From Trichodelitschia bisporula (taxonomy: Eukaryota), in contig ML996708.1 in assembly GCA_010356995.1 (NCBI GenBank), positions 372,001 to 436,000 of the forward strand: a DNA stretch of 64,000 nt, read 5' to 3'. The notes under the pieces were generated by a model. It was not told the DNA's origin. It ran no database searches and saw nothing but the letters and a program-made list of their open reading frames with translations. A program made the position numbers and the translations under genes. The first letter of the stretch is position 1; every line of letters begins with the position of its first letter. Shown here one piece after another: positions 10,571-21,500 of the stretch.

Positions 10571-11965
10571 TCACGGTAGACCCTCCCTCCTCTCATCCTC
10601 TGTAACAACTGTCACCGGCTTCTGCCCCCTCGGCAAATCCCTCGCCTTACTCCGTGGCGGAATGGGAAACTCGGGAATAGGCGGCCACTCATCGCTCTCG
10701 GGACGCGGGTATCCGTTCCTTGGACTGCCGTTCCTCAAACTACTACTCCTGCTCTTCGTAGGCACCATCTCCGTGCTTTCGTAGTGGCTGCGCAGCGGCT
10801 GGTGCTTGCTGCTCTGCGATGGCCCCTTCTCGCTGCCGTACATTTCTCGCTGCCGCTCGTCGGCCGCCGTGGTGGTCATTTTGCGGAGGAAGGTGCGGTA
10901 GAGGGGGCGCAGGGTCGCGAGGCAGCCGGCGATTATGCCGAGGCCGGGCTCGATGGTGGACCAGACTGCGATGTCGGTTGCGTCGGCTGGAGGGGTTAGT
11001 AATTATTATTTTTTGGAGAGGGGGGGAGGGGAACATACCGAAGAATTCAAGGGAGGCGGAGGTTAGGCGCGGAATGTATTTAAAGCGGATCATCGAGGCG
11101 ATGCCGCCGCTGGGAGGGTTAGCGGTGTATTCATAAAAGGGAGGGCACGTACACTGCGCCCATGATGAGAATCAAGCCCACGGTCCACTTCTCGCGGCTG
11201 GTCATGTTGGAGCTTTTGAGCATGGCCACCGGCAGGATGGCGAAGATGAGGTCCGTCAGTGTGGTGATGAGGGCATGCGTATAGCCCATGCCCAGATTTT
11301 GCGCTGTCGAGATGCACTTGTCGTTGAGCTTGCGGATGAAGAAGACCATTGCATTTTTGGGGTAGCCGCATTGGAAGATGGCGAAGAGGCAGTAGGCGAG
11401 CCCGAAGAGGGTGGAGCATGCTACCGCGCCGTAGACGGTGTTTCTTTGCCATGGCTTGACCATGATGCGGAGGAAGAAGATGGAGAGGGAGATCTTGAGG
11501 GTTACCATGGTCACGATATAGAAGACCTCGGCTGTTATTAGGTACTTCGGGTGTCAGCCTTTCTGTAGATTCACGGCTTGACAGCCAGATCTGCTTACGT
11601 TGATGGCCGTGTCAATGTCGCTAAAGAAGAGGTAGTTCCGATGGCTCACCACCGACGATGTCTTGAGTACAGCACTGCAGTAAACTGTAAAGGAAACCTG
11701 GAAGCGTCAGCCTTAAGCCTGCGCTTTAGGTGTCCCTCAATACCATTGCAATTCCCATTGTCGAGTCGTCCCATCCCAGCGAGCGGACAATCAGCGCCCG
11801 CGTCGCGAGCCGCAGCAAAACGATAACCCATGAGATACCCAGGAAAATGATAACAGTCAGTCTGATCGGAGTGCCATCCGGGGTCATCTCAATGGGAATA
11901 GAGCCCGGCGGTGCATTCGGATTCACCGGCAGCTTGGCTATGAGGGAGGCCAAACTCGGTGCCAT
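10571..11965 (-). CDS. PTH11-like integral membrane protein (fungal rhodopsin-like 7TM domain, no CFEM); 5 exons
   Basis: VLLRLATRALIVRSLGWDD, LKISLSIFFLRI, AIFQCG, TDLIFAILP, and spliced IAVWSTIEPGLGIIAGCLATLRPL; four canonical introns. Confidence 0.9.
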
Positions 11966-13604
11966 GGTGAGTTTGGCTGACGAGGAAAGAAGTCTGAAAA
12001 GCACATCCGGATTTGGGGACTCGAGGTAGACATATCCGCAGGGCAGTGCCGCAGTGGGGGGTGTGGCGTACACCAGATTAATGACATATTAAAGCCGGCT
12101 GTACCCAACCCACATGCCAGACCCCAACTTTCCGGGGATATGGGAGGCGAGCTATGCATGGCGAACGGACGTGCCGAGAAGCTTACAAAAGACGTGAGCC
12201 GCGACGATTATGATTCATGACTATTCCACAAGGCTGCAAGACAGCCGATCCCACGATGGAGACGCGATACAGCCCGATGCGGCGACGCTAACGGAGAGCC
12301 GACACCACCTCCGCCGAGGCGGCAAGGCTGGGCAAGCTGTTTGAAATGTTATTTCCGTCTCGGCTGTTGACCACAGACCCAGCTTAGTAGGCATTCTGTT
12401 ACCGGGAACGTGAATCGCCAATTAGCAGGAGCGAATATCGCCGTGCTCGAAAGATGCTAGTCTCAGTGGGGGAAGACCAATGACGATGCAGCATTTCGAT
12501 AAAGTAACGGCATTAATGTTCGGGAGCCCAAGAGGCCAGGAAGGCCATCTTGGGCCGTCTTTTACACCATCCTCGGTCCAGGCGGAGAGCCACTCTACTT
12601 TACTTCTGCAGGTGTATGCCGGTTGCGGGAGCGGCTCGGCTGACGGATATGTTGTGCGTCTTTTCATGAACGACCGAATTCCCCTTTTCCCTGCTAGAGT
12701 AGAGATGTGAGATTCGGACTCCAGCCACGCTTCCGGAAGGAGTCGGCAGTCCGGGGTTTTACGAGCTTTAAATCCATACGGGAGCCCTCGTTTGGCAGGC
12801 GATTCCGAGTCAATGCGAGCCCTAAGGAGCTGTAACGACAAGGTATCCGCTTCCTTGTACTCCATCACGACTGGGTGAAGCGAGTTGAGCGACGACAGCG
12901 GCGAGCAGAAGGTACCGTAATGCAAAGAGCCTTATGTAAAGATCTGGGATGGCAGACTGCTGTGGTAAGCTTCGACTGGCTACTGGAGATGTGGGGAAGT
13001 CGTCACGGATAAAGAGGCTATCGCGAGTCACGGGGTGTTGCGGTAGGAGGAACGCCAAGTTGAACGACAAGTGATGGATATTGAACGGCAAAACGTTCAG
13101 CCGCCATCCGTGGGAGCCGCACGGAGGAATGCCAGCGTTGTGCGCGGCCGCCCAAGGCATCAACTTCGTCATCGGACTTGGGTCAGAGTCACTGGACGTC
13201 GCGCGCGCAGCTGAGAGAGTCACGAGAGTGTCGCGTGTTCACCGTCGGCTGGAAGGGAAAACGCTCGGAGACAAGCGCATCTCTCTTTTTATCTTTGGTG
13301 CTGAGACGACACGACATTACTGCTGCTTACTATTCTCTTCTTACCCCTCCGTCCGTCGTTGTGGTTCCGTGCTCTCCTATACGTTGACGGAGGAATGGCT
13401 CATGATGCCCGTATCCCTTTCTTCCAAGCTCCCGATCTCCGCTCCCGCTAGTGGTCCAGCTCACACCTCTGAATGTTGCTCACACCCCGCACCTTTGAAC
13501 TCGCGCAATATCCTGACAAAGGATCCTCCCGGTTAAACAGTCCGTTTATCAAATGCGCCCCGTCCTGGCATGAACAGCGCGCCGCCCGGAAGCACGCGGA
13601 AAAG

Positions 13605-16600
13605 ATGCTGCTCCTCCACCAGACTGGCGTCGTCAAGGTTGGCGATGTTGTCCGGTAAGCGCATGAGACTGCGCGCAGTGAGAATCACTATCGCAAGCAC
13701 CGGCTAACTCTGCCGCTAGCTATACCTTGACATACGATTCGTCCTCTGACCGCATCCTCCCATCTCCGACTCACTTGCATGTCCGCATCAAGAACTCCTC
13801 CGCAATCGCATTCCGCGCCGCATATCTGCATGGCCCATACACACTGCATGTCGCCATATACCCTTCCTGGTTTAACCCGAATGAGAAGTTGCGCAACCCC
13901 AAAAAGTATGGTGCTCCTCAATTCGAAGCGAACGTCAAGGCCGGCGCCTACTTCTCGGGGAAGATACCTGTGCCGGAGGAGATTCGGGTCACCGGCCAAA
14001 ATCCGCCTTCCACTGGAGCACCCAAAACGCTCACCTGGATAGTGGAGATCACGTCGCAGATCATATTCTCCTCCTCGGCCTCCATCAACTTTGAATTTCT
14101 TGCCAGCCGCGATGAGAAGTCACTGGATTACGGCTTCACTGCCGTGTCTCACAGTGGACAGGGAGAACCCGGTCGCGTGCATGACCACCAGCAAGGGAAG
14201 CACAAAAGTCCGCGCCATGCAGGTCACGGCACTGGTGTATACTCGAAAGCGATCACGCTGCATGTTGAAGACACATTGAGCCTCTGGAACAAGCCGGCCC
14301 TTCCGGAGAAAGATGGACCGAAACCGCGGAGATCCCTCAGCATGAGGCGCAAGTCTTCGGGCAGCATACACCACAAAGCAGCGCCAGAACCGGCTAAGAA
14401 ACCGAAGAAGAAAAAGAAGAAGAAGATCCATCTCGTGATACTAACACATGGCTTGCACAGCAACTTGAGCGCCGATATGCTTTACCTTAAGGAGAGCATA
14501 GATGCGACGGTCAAAGAAGCACGTATGAAGCGAAGGCGAGAAAAGGCAGGCCTCAGTACCGACCCGGAAGTACACGCGGCGACGGCAGTTCTCTCCGGAG
14601 GTCAAGAGGATCTCCCCGAGGACGACTCTGATGACGATGAGGAAGTCATTGTGCGCGGGTTCACGGGAAATGCCGTCAGGACCGAAAATGGAATCCAATA
14701 TCTCGGAAAGCGGCTCGCCAAGTTCATATTGGACTTTACGTATCCGGACCAGCCATACAAGCCGCTTCGGAAATCGATGAGCAAGAAGCTGTCCGATGTC
14801 ATGACCAACAAGTCATCATCCCAGGATAGCGAAGGCACACCAGCCCACAACGGGAGCAGTATACGGCAAGACGAGCAGGATCACGAGCTCCCGTACACCT
14901 TTACCAGCATCAGCTTCGTTGGCCACTCGCTCGGTGGGCTCATTCAGGTCTACGCCATTGGTTACATCCACAAGCATGCGCCCCATTTCTTTGAACAAAT
15001 CAAGCCCGTAAACTTCATCTGCATGGCATCACCAATGCTCGGCCTCAGCAACGAGAACCCAATATATGTCAAGTTCGCGCTCGACTTTGGTCTAGTAGGG
15101 CGTACCGGACAGGACTTGGGACTGGCGTGGCGGCCGCCCGCTCTCGCACGTAGCGGCTGGAGCGCGGTGATGAGTGGCCTGGGCCAAAAGGACCCGGAGC
15201 CAACCCCCGAGTCAAAGCCGCTCCTGCGTGTTCTGCCGACTGGCCCTGCTCACAAGGTTTTGAAGATGTTCAGGAATAGAACTGTCTACTCGAATGTGGT
15301 CAATGACGGCATTGTTCCTCTGCGTACAAGCTGCCTCTTATTCTTGGACTGGAGAGGCCTGGGGAAGGTCGAGAAAGCGCGCCGAGAGAACGGCTTGATC
15401 GGGACCGTTGCGGGCTGGGGTTGGGCCGAGATTACGGGCCAGAGCACGACGCGCACGGAGGAACCCGCTCGTGTGGAACCCGCGCGCATGGATGGAGCAG
15501 GAAGCGACGCGGAAGACGAGAGCGGCGACAATGAGGGAGATAAGAGTACTGTTCCGCAACCTTGGGCAAATGCCGGTAACGAAGATGACGAGGTGCTGCA
15601 AGCGGTACATACCTCTCAACGCCGCAGCATGGAAGGTACGGCCGAGGAGAGGAACACCAAGCCGCCGAGTCCGAGCGCTTTAATGACGTTCTTCAACTAC
15701 TTCCGGATTCCCGCCAAAAACTCCAAGAAGGACGTCAAGATGTTCAAGCGGAGCCAAACCATCAAGATGGACGAAGAAGGAACCGAATCCCCTGCACCAT
15801 CTGAAGATCCCTCCGGTGTCGATCAGGCGGAGAGCAGCCGACCCCGCGTAACACGGGGTGATTCCCTCTCAAGCAATGCCGCCAGCGACATTGCGCCGCC
15901 CAAAACAACAATCTTCGAGTCCGCAGGCGACATTCTTAACCCCCCCATCCCACCCACATCCTGGATCATCGACCCAACAACCCGCACCCGCACCATCTTC
16001 CACGACCGCATCTACCACCCCGACGACATCCCACCTCCCCCACCTAGCCGCAAATCCACCAGAGCCCCCCCGCGCTCCAGCTCCGGCGAAGCCAGTTCAC
16101 CAAGCCCCGCACCCGACTCCATCCCCGCCCCGCAGCCTAAACCCGCCAGCGAAGGTGGCGGCATGCGCGTCGAAGAAAAAATCGCCCGCGCGTACCACCG
16201 CGATCTCAGTTGGCGCAAGGTGCTTGTGCGCCTCGAGCCTGATGCGCATAATAACATGATTGTGCGGAGAATGTTTGCTAATGCTTACGGCTGGCCTGTT
16301 GTTAAGCATCTGTGCGACACGCACTTTGGTGACACGTATGCGGCGGAGACGGCGGATGAGTTGGAGCCCGCAATCGAGCGTGCGAAACCGATTGACCAGC
16401 CGGTCGGTGAGCATGGAGAGCATGTCCTCGGCCAGGAGAGCCGGGCCCCGCCGGCGGTGCTGTCGCGGAGTAGCACAAAAGGGGAGGAGGGCGATGGACT
16501 TGCGCCGCTGGGTAGCCACGCGCGCTCACTTTCAAGGGAAGAGAGGCCCAGCACGGCGTGCACGGGCATCACAAGCGTGGGGAGCAGTTGGGATGAAGCC

Positions 16601-16954
16601 TATTTCCGAGACACAACCTCAGATGACGACGAAGATTTACGGGGCCCACTGGGCCGGTTTCTGAGTCCCCAGGCCATCAGGGGCGCGGGCGGACATAGTC
16701 GGACTGGCTCGGCGGTTAAGAGCGAGGCGAGTGCCGGCACGAGTGAGGCGGAGATTGCGGACTTTTTGAGTGCGAGTCCGCCGCCGATGGAGGCGCATCG
16801 CGGGTTGAAGCCTGCGCCCGTGCGTCGCAGTGTTACTGAAGTCGGGCTGGGGATGCCGGCGGCGGAGGCGGTGAGGAAGGTTATGAGTGAGGGGGAGGAA
16901 GGGGGTACTGGGGTTGTGGAGGAAGTGGTTAGGGCGTCGCAGTCGAGGGATTAG
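13605..16954 (+). CDS. ROG1: DUF676 serine esterase/lipase, ROG1/YDL109C family; intron 13655-13719
   Basis: Spliced N-terminus MLLLHQTGVVKVGDVVR-YTLTY; HLVILTHGLHSN; nucleophile motif ISFVGHSLGG; NDGIVPLRTS; WRKVLVRLEPDAHNNMIVRRMFANAYGWPVVKHL. Confidence 0.9.
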
Positions 16955-17274
16955 ATGAGGGGTTAGGATCTGGTCGTTCGTTACGTTTCTTGGGCATTGA
17001 TGGCGAGGAACGGGTGGGATTGGGGTTTGAGGCTGGGATTAGATGTGGATGGGCATTTGTGGTGTTTGCGCGGATACCGGCTAGGTCCTAATTGAGATTT
17101 CTGACGGGTGCTTGAATTGATATCACGGCTGCTGGTGATATTAGTTGAGTCGATATGTCTATTGTGCTACTTGCCATATCTCGTCAAATCAGGCATCAAG
17201 GCACCAACTGTCTCAGACGTCACCTCGACTTCAACCTCAACCTCAACCCCCCCATCACAACTCCACCCACCACC

Positions 17275-17661
17275 ATGCCGACCGACCATACACACTCTTC
17301 CCGCCGTGAGCACCGGCACCGCTCCCGCTCCCGCTCTCCTCGCCATCACAAAACACACTCTCGCTCGCGCTCGCGCTCCCCGCACAAGCACCGCTCCTCC
17401 CACCACCACTCCTCCTCCCACCACAGAACCCGCTCCCCTCCCCACCTCCCCTCAAACGCGCAGCCCCTAACAAAACACTCCTACACCCCCTACAAACCCC
17501 TCTTCGCCTCCTACCTCGACCTGCAGAAAAACATCGACCTGGAGTCTCTCCCCGAGCGCGAAGCCCGCGGCCGCTGGAAGAGCTTTGTTAATAAATGGAA
17601 CGGCGGCGAATTAGCACGCGAATGGTACGATCCTGTGGTGAGGGAGAGGGCGGATGCAGCC

Positions 17662-17692
<31 letters not shown>

Positions 17693-18291
17693 GGGCTGGT
17701 GGGTTGCCGAGCCGTGGGGCGGAGGAGGGTGCTGGTGGACCCGCGCCCGAGGCGGAGTCGGATGATGAGTTTGGTCCCGCGCTGCCGGGGCGCGGAGGGG
17801 GTGGGGGAAGATTTGGCCCCGTAATCCCAACGACACAGGACCTAGCCCTACGCGACGAGCTCCTTGCCGAAGACCTTACCCTCGCCCGCGCCGACGCATC
17901 CTGGGACTACAAACAGTCACGCAAAGCCGCCAAAGAAGCACTGGACGAACTCGCCCCGCGCGCCGACGCCGGAACACGGGAACGCCAACTCGAAAAGAAA
18001 CGCGAGGTCGCCGCCGTGCACGGTTCGTTCCGCGAAGCCAAGTCACCCGGAGCGGAAGAAGTACGCGAATCTGACTTGATGGGCGATGGGGGCGGGGTGG
18101 ACGCGTACAAGCGGGCGAAGACGGAGGCGGAGCGGAAGAAGAATGAGCGGCAGTTGAGGAAGGAGGAGATTTGGCGGGCACGGGAGGAAGAGCGGGAGGT
18201 GAAGATGGCGGCGAGGAGGGAGAAGGAGGAGGCTACTATGAGCATGTTTAGGACGATTGCGGCGCAGAGGTTTGGGGGTGGTGGGGGGTGA
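17275..18291 (+). CDS. Conserved nuclear RS/His-rich protein with a style-cell-cycle-inhibitor-1 (SCI1)-like domain
   Basis: RS/H-rich N-terminus; YKPLFASYLDLQK..EARGRWKSFVNKWNGGELAREWYDP; LDELAPRADAGTRERQLEKK; charged coiled-coil tail; intronless. Confidence 0.78.
17662..17691 (+). repeat. (GCG)10 microsatellite within a 12-Ala tract
   Basis: Pure trinucleotide run inside the CDS. Confidence 0.9.
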
Positions 18292-18591
18292 TTTTGGAGG
18301 GTGTTCCAGTAGCTGGTACGTATCACGAAGACTTTCAGGCTCGGTAATGATCGCTCAAATTAGTTGTAGACTGCTAAGTTCCTATTCCCACCAAGAATGC
18401 ACACGACGCGCAACACCCAAAAGATAGGGATCAGCCCAGTAGAGCCAAACCCTGAACAATTTGCAAAAAAAATCCAACCTCGGCCACTGTCCCAAAAAGT
18501 ACCAGTCCACAAACATCCCATACAAACCAAGCCCATCCGCTACCATTAGCACATGCCACAGCCACGCAATTAGCGCGGGCATCAGTACCAC

Positions 18592-21500
18592 CTAGCATCG
18601 GCGACACAAGCGCTCTCCGTCAGGAGACTGCTCTCCCTCACGAAACGGCTCTCCCTCACGAAGCGGGTGTCCATCAAGAAGCCGCTGTCGGTTCCTCTGC
18701 CGACCTCTGCCCGCATCCGCAGGCTCAACGTCCGCACCCCCACGCCCCGTCTTCCCAGGCGGCCAATCCACCGTCATCCGCACCAGGGCCTCGGCTATGG
18801 CATCAGCCCCGGTCTTCCATGCCGGTATGTAGTCAATCGACGCCTCGAACACGGGCCCATCCGCCGGCTTGCCCGGCTCCGCAGGTATCGGTATCGGGAT
18901 CGCGGCGCAGTACTCCTGCTCCTCGAGCCTGTGCGCCAGCATAGCTAGCACGCGCGTCCGCGCCTCCATCTGACGCCCCTGCCGCACCAGCGTGAATTGG
19001 CGGGCGCTAATGTCACGTATCGCGGCGTGCATCTCGCCTAGCTTTTGCGCGTGCTCGACCAGCTTCTGCCTGTCGTCGCCCATCATCTGCGTGACCTCGC
19101 TCATCATCTGCGTGTGCTCGACCAGCATCTGCTTGAGCTCGTCCAGATCCTGTATAACCTCGCACAGACGCTCCTGGACCGGCACGCGCAGTGGGCTGGG
19201 GTCGAGTTCGAAGTTGTCGCACTCGTCGTAGAAGCGGGGCCACAGGGTGCTGGCGGTGTCGAGGAACAGGGCGCCGTACCATAACGCCCTATTGGGTACG
19301 AATGCTAGCCTCAGCAGGCCGAGCACGATTTCCGATGCGCTGCTCCACATGGCGGCCATTGCCATGGCCATGCTCCGAATGCAGACGTCGACGCCTGATA
19401 AAGTGACCTGAGGCTGGGGACATTCGCCGCGCTTCATGTCGATTCTGGCGTGCTCCCCGTCGTCGTCGCTCACTAACAGGCCCTCGGACTTCGGCGACTC
19501 TTTAGGCTTGCGCAGGAATTCGGCAGGCAGCTCCTCGCTGTCGACGCGCTGCGCTTCGCTTCCGGCATGCTCGCCCTCCTCATCTTGCACTTGCGTGTCC
19601 AGCGTCCAGCTCCGCTCTTTCAACGTGGGCTGGACCATAAACTCCGCGTAAGGTCGACGTCCGCCCCCATACCCACTCTCCCTATCATCTGCGCCCCCAC
19701 GGCCCGTCTGCCCAACCTGCGGATCCACCGCTTTCTCTGCCACCGCCTTCTCTGCCACCGTCTTCTGTGCCGCCGCCTTCTCTGCCACCGCCTTCTCTGC
19801 CACCGCCTTCTCTGCCACCGCCTTCTCTGCCGCCACCTTCTCTGCCGCCGCCTTCTGTGCCGNNNNNNNNNNNNNNNNNNNNNNNNNNNNNNNNNNNNNN
19901 NNNNNNNNNNNNCGCCTTCTGTGCTGCCGCCTTCTTTGCCGCCACCTTCTCTGCCACCGCCTTCTCTGCCACCGCCTTCTCTGCCACCGCGTTCTCTGCC
20001 AACGCCTCGGCCTCGGATATCTGCTTCTCTAGCTCCTGCACCTGTAAAACCAGCTCATTCTCCCGCTCCTCCGCTGCGAGTTGTCGAGCTTCAAACTTGT
20101 TTAGTGCCTCGCCCCGCTCCAGCTCGATCTGGCCCTGCTCCACCTTGATCTCGTTCAGCTTCACGTTGACCCCATTCCGCTTCATCTGGAGCTCGATAAG
20201 GTGCTTCTTAGCGCGCCAGCTCCTGCCGTTGGGGTGCTCTATCTCATTTCTGGCGCGCTTCACCTGCCCGCGAGCGCGCTTGGACTGCTGCCGAGGGGCC
20301 GACTGTGAGCCGTTATCATTCGACTGTGGGCTTGGTTGTGCTTGTCGATTCGGTTGTGCTTGCCGATCCGGTTGTGCTTTTTTTGGGCGCGGCCTCTCGA
20401 GTAGCACTTGCGGCCCAGGGCGACGACGCTTGCTTGATTCCACCCTGCCGTCAATGCCCTGGCCATTCTCGCGTTTCTGGCCTTGGACCGGCGTGTCCGC
20501 CGTCCTTCTCTGCTCCTCAAGCCTGTGCTGGACCCCAAGCTCCTCCTCAATCAGCCGCCCAACACGCTCCACATCCACTGTGCGCATCGCGAAACGTACA
20601 TTGGTAACCAGATCCACGAACCTCTTGGATCCGCCTTTCTGCTTCAGCTCCTTCATCCAAGTCCACGGCTTTACGCCATCGGGGTCCCGCTGCTGGAACG
20701 CGCGGCTCAGCCGCTGCACCATCGCCAGATCATCGACTCCCTCGTCCCAACAACCGCCCCGTAGCACTCGCCGCCCGCGGCGCAGCGCGCTCGCCCCGTC
20801 GTCTGATGCGCGCTGGCGCAGGCGCTTAGAGGAGCCACCAGGTTGGGGCTCGTGGGCTTCGCGCGAGGGGCTGGGCGTACTGGAGCGGGAGGCGCGCGGC
20901 GTGGCCGGCCCGACATCGCCCGGGTCCGAGTCGGAGGGTGAAATCAGGACGATAGTCGGGTTGTCGGCAACCGCGCTAGAGGATGGAGGTGGGGCCGGCC
21001 CGATGTAGTCTGGATCCGGGTCGGTGGGGTGGTCTGGTAAAACGACTAGATTGTTGTCGCCGGGGGTCAATGAGAAGAGATGCGGCGCGTCGCTCGTGGT
21101 CAAGGTGACGGCAGGCCGGGGAGAAGTCGGGGGCACCGGAGGCTGGTAGTCTGGGTCCGGGTCGGTGGGGTGAACCGGGTCGAAAGCTGGGTTGTCGGCA
21201 TTCGCGCTAGAGGAAGGAGATGGGGCCGGCCCGACATTGCCCGAGTCCGAGTCGGAGGGTGGAACCAGGACGATAGTCGGGATGTCGGAAACCGCGCTAG
21301 AGGACGGAGGTGGGACCGGCCCGATGTGGACTGGAACCGATTCGGTGGGGTGGCTTGGGACGGTGACTAGATTGTCGTCGTCAGGGCTCCATGAGCGGGA
21401 ACGCGGCTCGTTGCTCGTGGTCGAGGTGGCGACGGGCCGGGGAGAAGTGGGGGGCGTAGGGGGCTGGGCCTGGGTGTCGATGGGGTTCGGGGTATAGTCG

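Noticed and set aside
11966..13600. Coding potential in the long divergent intergenic region
   Set aside because: Overlapping short ORFs without codon bias or homology cues; more consistent with promoters and UTRs.
17275..18291. RNA helicase label sometimes attached to this family
   Set aside because: No Walker A, DEAD or other helicase motifs in the sequence.
19685..19862. GGREG repeat C-terminus shown for the 1354-aa ORF
   Set aside because: Artefact of translating through an arbitrary 50-N gap; the matching frame is KAVAE.
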